Shown here: positions 1 to 29,905 of the stretch, one piece after another
Layout of the letters: the number at the start of each line of letters is the position of its first letter
Position numbering within the stretch: the stretch's first letter is position 1
Source: Tubiluchus corallicola
Taxonomy: Eukaryota; Animalia; Priapulida
NCBI GenBank assembly: GCA_030141605.1
Contig: JAQGDQ010001678.1
Location: forward strand, 1-29,905
Length of the DNA: 29,905 nt
Reading direction: 5' to 3'
Translations under genes and position numbers: made by a program
Notes under the pieces: model-generated
The model's input: only the letters and a program-made list of their open reading frames with translations
The model's database searches: none
What the model was told of the DNA's origin: nothing

Positions 1-174
1 TCTGTCTGTCTGTTAGTTTGCCTGTCTGTACGTCTGTCTGTCTGTCTGTCAGTTTGCCTTCTGTGCGTCTGTCTGTCTGTCAGTTTGCCTGTCTGTCTGT
101 CAGTTTGCCTGTCTGTTTGTCTGTCAGTTTGCCTGTCTGTCTGTCTGTCAATTTGCCTGTCTGTCTGTCTGTCT
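1..174. repeat. (TCTG)n microsatellite interleaved with TCAGTTTGCCTG units
   Basis: Directly visible; runs off the window start. Confidence 0.95.
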
Positions 175-304
175 AATGTAAGCTCTGTAATGTAATGCAT
201 TTTAATGTAAGCTCTGATTTGAAAAAAAGCTGTCATAGTTTTCAATATTTTTAGCATACTTTATTTTGAACTAATGTCTATGCAATCGTCCCATTTTCCT
301 TTAA

Positions 305-989
305 AGCACAAGAAAATCCTTCATAAACATAAAGCTTGACAAATTCGTCTCGAAATTTTATACCACTTACATACAGCCTTTTCGTGTGCATGGCTTGCAT
401 CGGCCGTAACGCTGTATAAAACATGTAAATTTAAACTCCCGCGATGACCATTAGACACAGCCATTTTCACGACAGGTCATTTGAAACAAGTTTAGATAAC
501 ATTGTGTAAAGTTTGAAAAAATAATCAGAGCATTCGTAGCGCTCAAGTCACTAACTAAATAAAATTTTAAATTACTGTATCTTGTCAGTAAGATTAAAAA
601 CACATTTTTGGTTAGTGAGTGGTGCACCCTGGAGGGTGAGTCAGCGACATTTTACCAATTGGTGAAAACATTTTAAATAATTAATAATTTTCTTTTCTAG
701 TTACATAAGCCTTTCTAGCAGTTAAGCGAAAAGCTAAGTAATACAGATTTGCACGAAAAGTCTTTTGAGATATAATTTAACATCGCTTTCTGTTCCCTTG
801 ATTTACGTTTGGTACATGACGTCATGTAATGGCGACATCGGAACAATAACGCGGGAGATTTAAAATGAAAACAAACTAAAATTCCTTTCAGCGCAAGTTG
901 AACATATAGGCATAAAATTGCTATAAAGTAACATAATATTTTAGGGCGATTTTTCTGAAACCTACTTGAGGTGCCCCTTTTCTTGTCCT
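305..989. mobile_element. Kolobok/T2-like non-autonomous DNA transposon, copy A
   Basis: TTAA at 301-304 and 990-993. Termini AGCACAAGAAAA and TTTTCTTGTCCT are inverted. About 330-750 aligns by eye, reverse-complemented, to 11945-12825. Confidence 0.7.
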
Positions 990-1201
990 TTAAGTGTAGG
1001 GTGCACCATTTGAACACATGGGTCCAATTCGTCTTACAACCAATTGACCCGAACCGATTGTGGTCATATGCTAACAACTACCTGTATAATGATTGATTGC
1101 CAAATAGGTAATTAATTTGGCTTCTTTAATTACCGTTCTCGCCATTAAACCGTCCTTTTCCAAGCACCCTGTACGGTACGCATTTTCCGTTTTCTCCACA
1201 G

Positions 1202-27470
<26,269 letters not shown>

Positions 27471-27926
27471 GTGAGGATGTGATTATTTGCAAAACGGTTT
27501 ACCTGCGTAGTTGTTTTGTGGTGTTCATGTTTGCTTGGGTGGATTTTGCCTTTGTTGGAACTGTTGTTTCTTGCCGTGTGACTCATAGCATTTTTAGCAT
27601 TTTTAGCACTTTGCAAACCGGGATCTTGCACGAAGGCAGGGCCCTCTTGATTCACAAGATCCCCCTTGTGGCAGTACCAAAATGTAGTTCAACGTCAAGA
27701 ATAATTTTACAAGACAAGACATTGTACGGGCAGTCGGGTCTTAGCTACATTTCAATGTAAACACATTCTCAAAAAAATAAACATCCTTAGACAGTTTGGC
27801 AAATGAAACAGTGCAAAACGAGTATAGACTAAACAAATGGTCACCCCTTCATTTACTGACCTCTCCCAGCATTGTTCAACTTCATTTGCTAAGGACACAT
27901 AGTAACCATTCGACCATTCACCTCTA

Positions 27927-28088
27927 AATTAATGCCACATTGGAAATGCTTAAAACTGAAGACATTGGTCACGGTTTCAATGGAGGAAAATAAAATTACT
28001 ATTACTATATTACTAAAATTGAAGCCACTTGACATGGAAACCGTGACCAATGTCTTCAGTTTTAAGCGTTTCCAATGTGGCATTAATT
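27927..28088. repeat. Near-perfect inverted repeat, 56-bp arms and 50-bp loop (small MITE-like hairpin)
   Basis: 27927-27982 vs 28033-28088, two mismatches, bounded by TTAA. Confidence 0.92.
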
Positions 28089-28091
28089 GCG

Positions 28092-28880
28092 TTCATTGAG
28101 TTTCAGCAGTAATTTGTAGACGTTGTGCCACAGTTTGCTGGCAATCATTCATTGTGTTTCAGCAGTAATTTGTAGACGTTGTGCCACAGTTTACTGGCAA
28201 TCATTCATTGTGTTTCAGCTGTAATTTGTAGATGTTGTGCCACAGTTTACTGGCAATCATTCGTTGTGTTTCAGTTGTAATTTGTAGACGTTGTGCCACA
28301 GTTTACTGGCAATCATTCATTGTGTTTCAGCAGTAATTTGTAGACATTGTGCCACAGTTTGCTGGCAATCATTCATTGTGTTTCAGCAGTAATTTGTAGA
28401 CGTTGTGCCACAGTTTGCTGGCAATCATTCATTGTGTTTCAGCAGTAATTTGTAGACATTGTGCCACAGTTTACTGGCAATCATTCATTGTGTTTCAGCA
28501 GTAATTTGTAGACATTGTGCCACAGTTTGCTGGCAATCATTCATTGTGTTTCAGCAGTAATTTGTAGACGTTGTGCCACAGTTTGCTGGCAATCATTCAT
28601 TGTGTTTCAGCAGTAATTTGTAGACGTTGTGCCACAGTTTGCTGGCAATCATTCATTGTGTTTCAGCAGTAATTTGTAGACGTTGTGCCACAGTTTGCTG
28701 GCAATCATTCATTGTGTTTCATCAGTAATTTGTAGACGTTGTGCCACAGTTTGCTGGCAATCATTCATTGTGTTTCAGCAGTAATTTGTAGACATTGTGC
28801 CACAGTTTACTGGCAATCATTCATTGTGTTTCAGCAGTAATTTGTAGACATTGTGCCACAGTTTACCGGCAATGATTCAT
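28092..28880. repeat. 56-bp minisatellite, about 14 copies
   Basis: Unit TTCATTGTGTTTCAGCAGTAATTTGTAGACGTTGTGCCACAGTTTGCTGGCAATCA; period 56. Confidence 0.96.
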
Positions 28881-29417
28881 CTGCATGTGTTTGTAAATAT
28901 TGACACTAGTAACACGTTGACTGGCAAAGATTGTTACTCGTGTCACCTAGTGACAGCTTACTCAGTGACGCTGAGTAGTGTACTCAACCTTTGGCAATCA
29001 ATGTGGTTCTCTTTGCTTTGCTTGCAATGTCAAAATCTGGTTTTGCTCTGCAGTTTTGTGAGTTTCTGCTGTTCACCTTAAAATTACGTTATAAATACTT
29101 ACTAATATTGATGTTTAATTTGCATAAATCGTTGCTTATCAATTCGTTGATTAAGAAAGGTATTGCCAGTGGTATATAAATTGTGTTTTTTTCTTAACTT
29201 ATTAACATAGTTGACTAAAATTTGTAGTTCTTATGATCAAACCAAACAAAAATGTTATAGTGTGAAATTCTACAGAAATGAGTCACGTAAGATAATTATT
29301 TGACGGTATTTTATGCTATTTCATTAGAGTTTGGCTTTTGTTATAAGAACTAGATTAGCTCATAAGAGTTTACTTGCTAAAATTGTTAATAACTAGCCAA
29401 AACATTTGTGCATAAAC

Positions 29418-29905
29418 CCACACTACACCACTTACATCAGACCACATCACTTAATCTACATCACACTACACTACAACACCCGTACTACATCACCTACAAC
29501 ATGCAAGCCACACTACACCACTTACGTCAGACCACATCACTTAATCTACATCACACTACACTACAACACCCGTACTACATCACCTACAACATGCAAGCCA
29601 CACTACACCACTTACGTCAGACCACATCACTTAATCTACATCACACTACACTACAACACCCGTACTACATCACCTACAACATGCAAGCCACACTACACCA
29701 CTTACATCAGACCACATCACTCAATCTACATCACACTACACTACAACACCCGTACTACATCACCTACAACATGCAAGCCACACTACACCACTTACATCAG
29801 ACCACATCACTTAATCTACATCACACTACACTACAACACCCGTACTACATCACCTACAACATGCAAGCCACACTACACCACTTACGTCAGACCACATCAC
29901 TTAAT
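29418..29905. repeat. 90-bp C/A-rich minisatellite built from ACTAC/ACATC-like pentamers, more than 5 copies, runs off the window end
   Basis: CACTACACCA at 29421, 29511, 29601 and onwards. Confidence 0.96.

Overview
AT-rich eukaryotic (animal-like) genomic DNA, not prokaryotic. It contains 14 consecutive coding exons on the + strand (1202 to 27470; about 892 codons when joined; all introns GT-AG; 12 of 13 phase 0). They encode a long coiled-coil protein that I recognise from memory as ANKRD26/CCDC144-like, followed by a Pro/Ser/Tyr/Gln-rich low-complexity region. The gene starts upstream of the window and probably ends downstream. The introns are inflated by more than a dozen different micro- and minisatellites and by non-autonomous transposons: Kolobok/T2-like, hAT, piggyBac-like and pogo/Tigger-like MITEs, a tRNA-SINE, an RTE 3' fragment, a bipartite RTE derivative and a 2-kb foldback. 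All the very long ORFs in the supplied track are artefacts of stop-free tandem repeats. I found no clear new enzymatic system. The most notable observations are satellites built from splice signals, a minisatellite that can be traced to a single unit inside a transposon, a structured RTE-derived element, and inverted MITEs flanking two skippable exons. Family assignments come from recall and manual reading, not from database searches.
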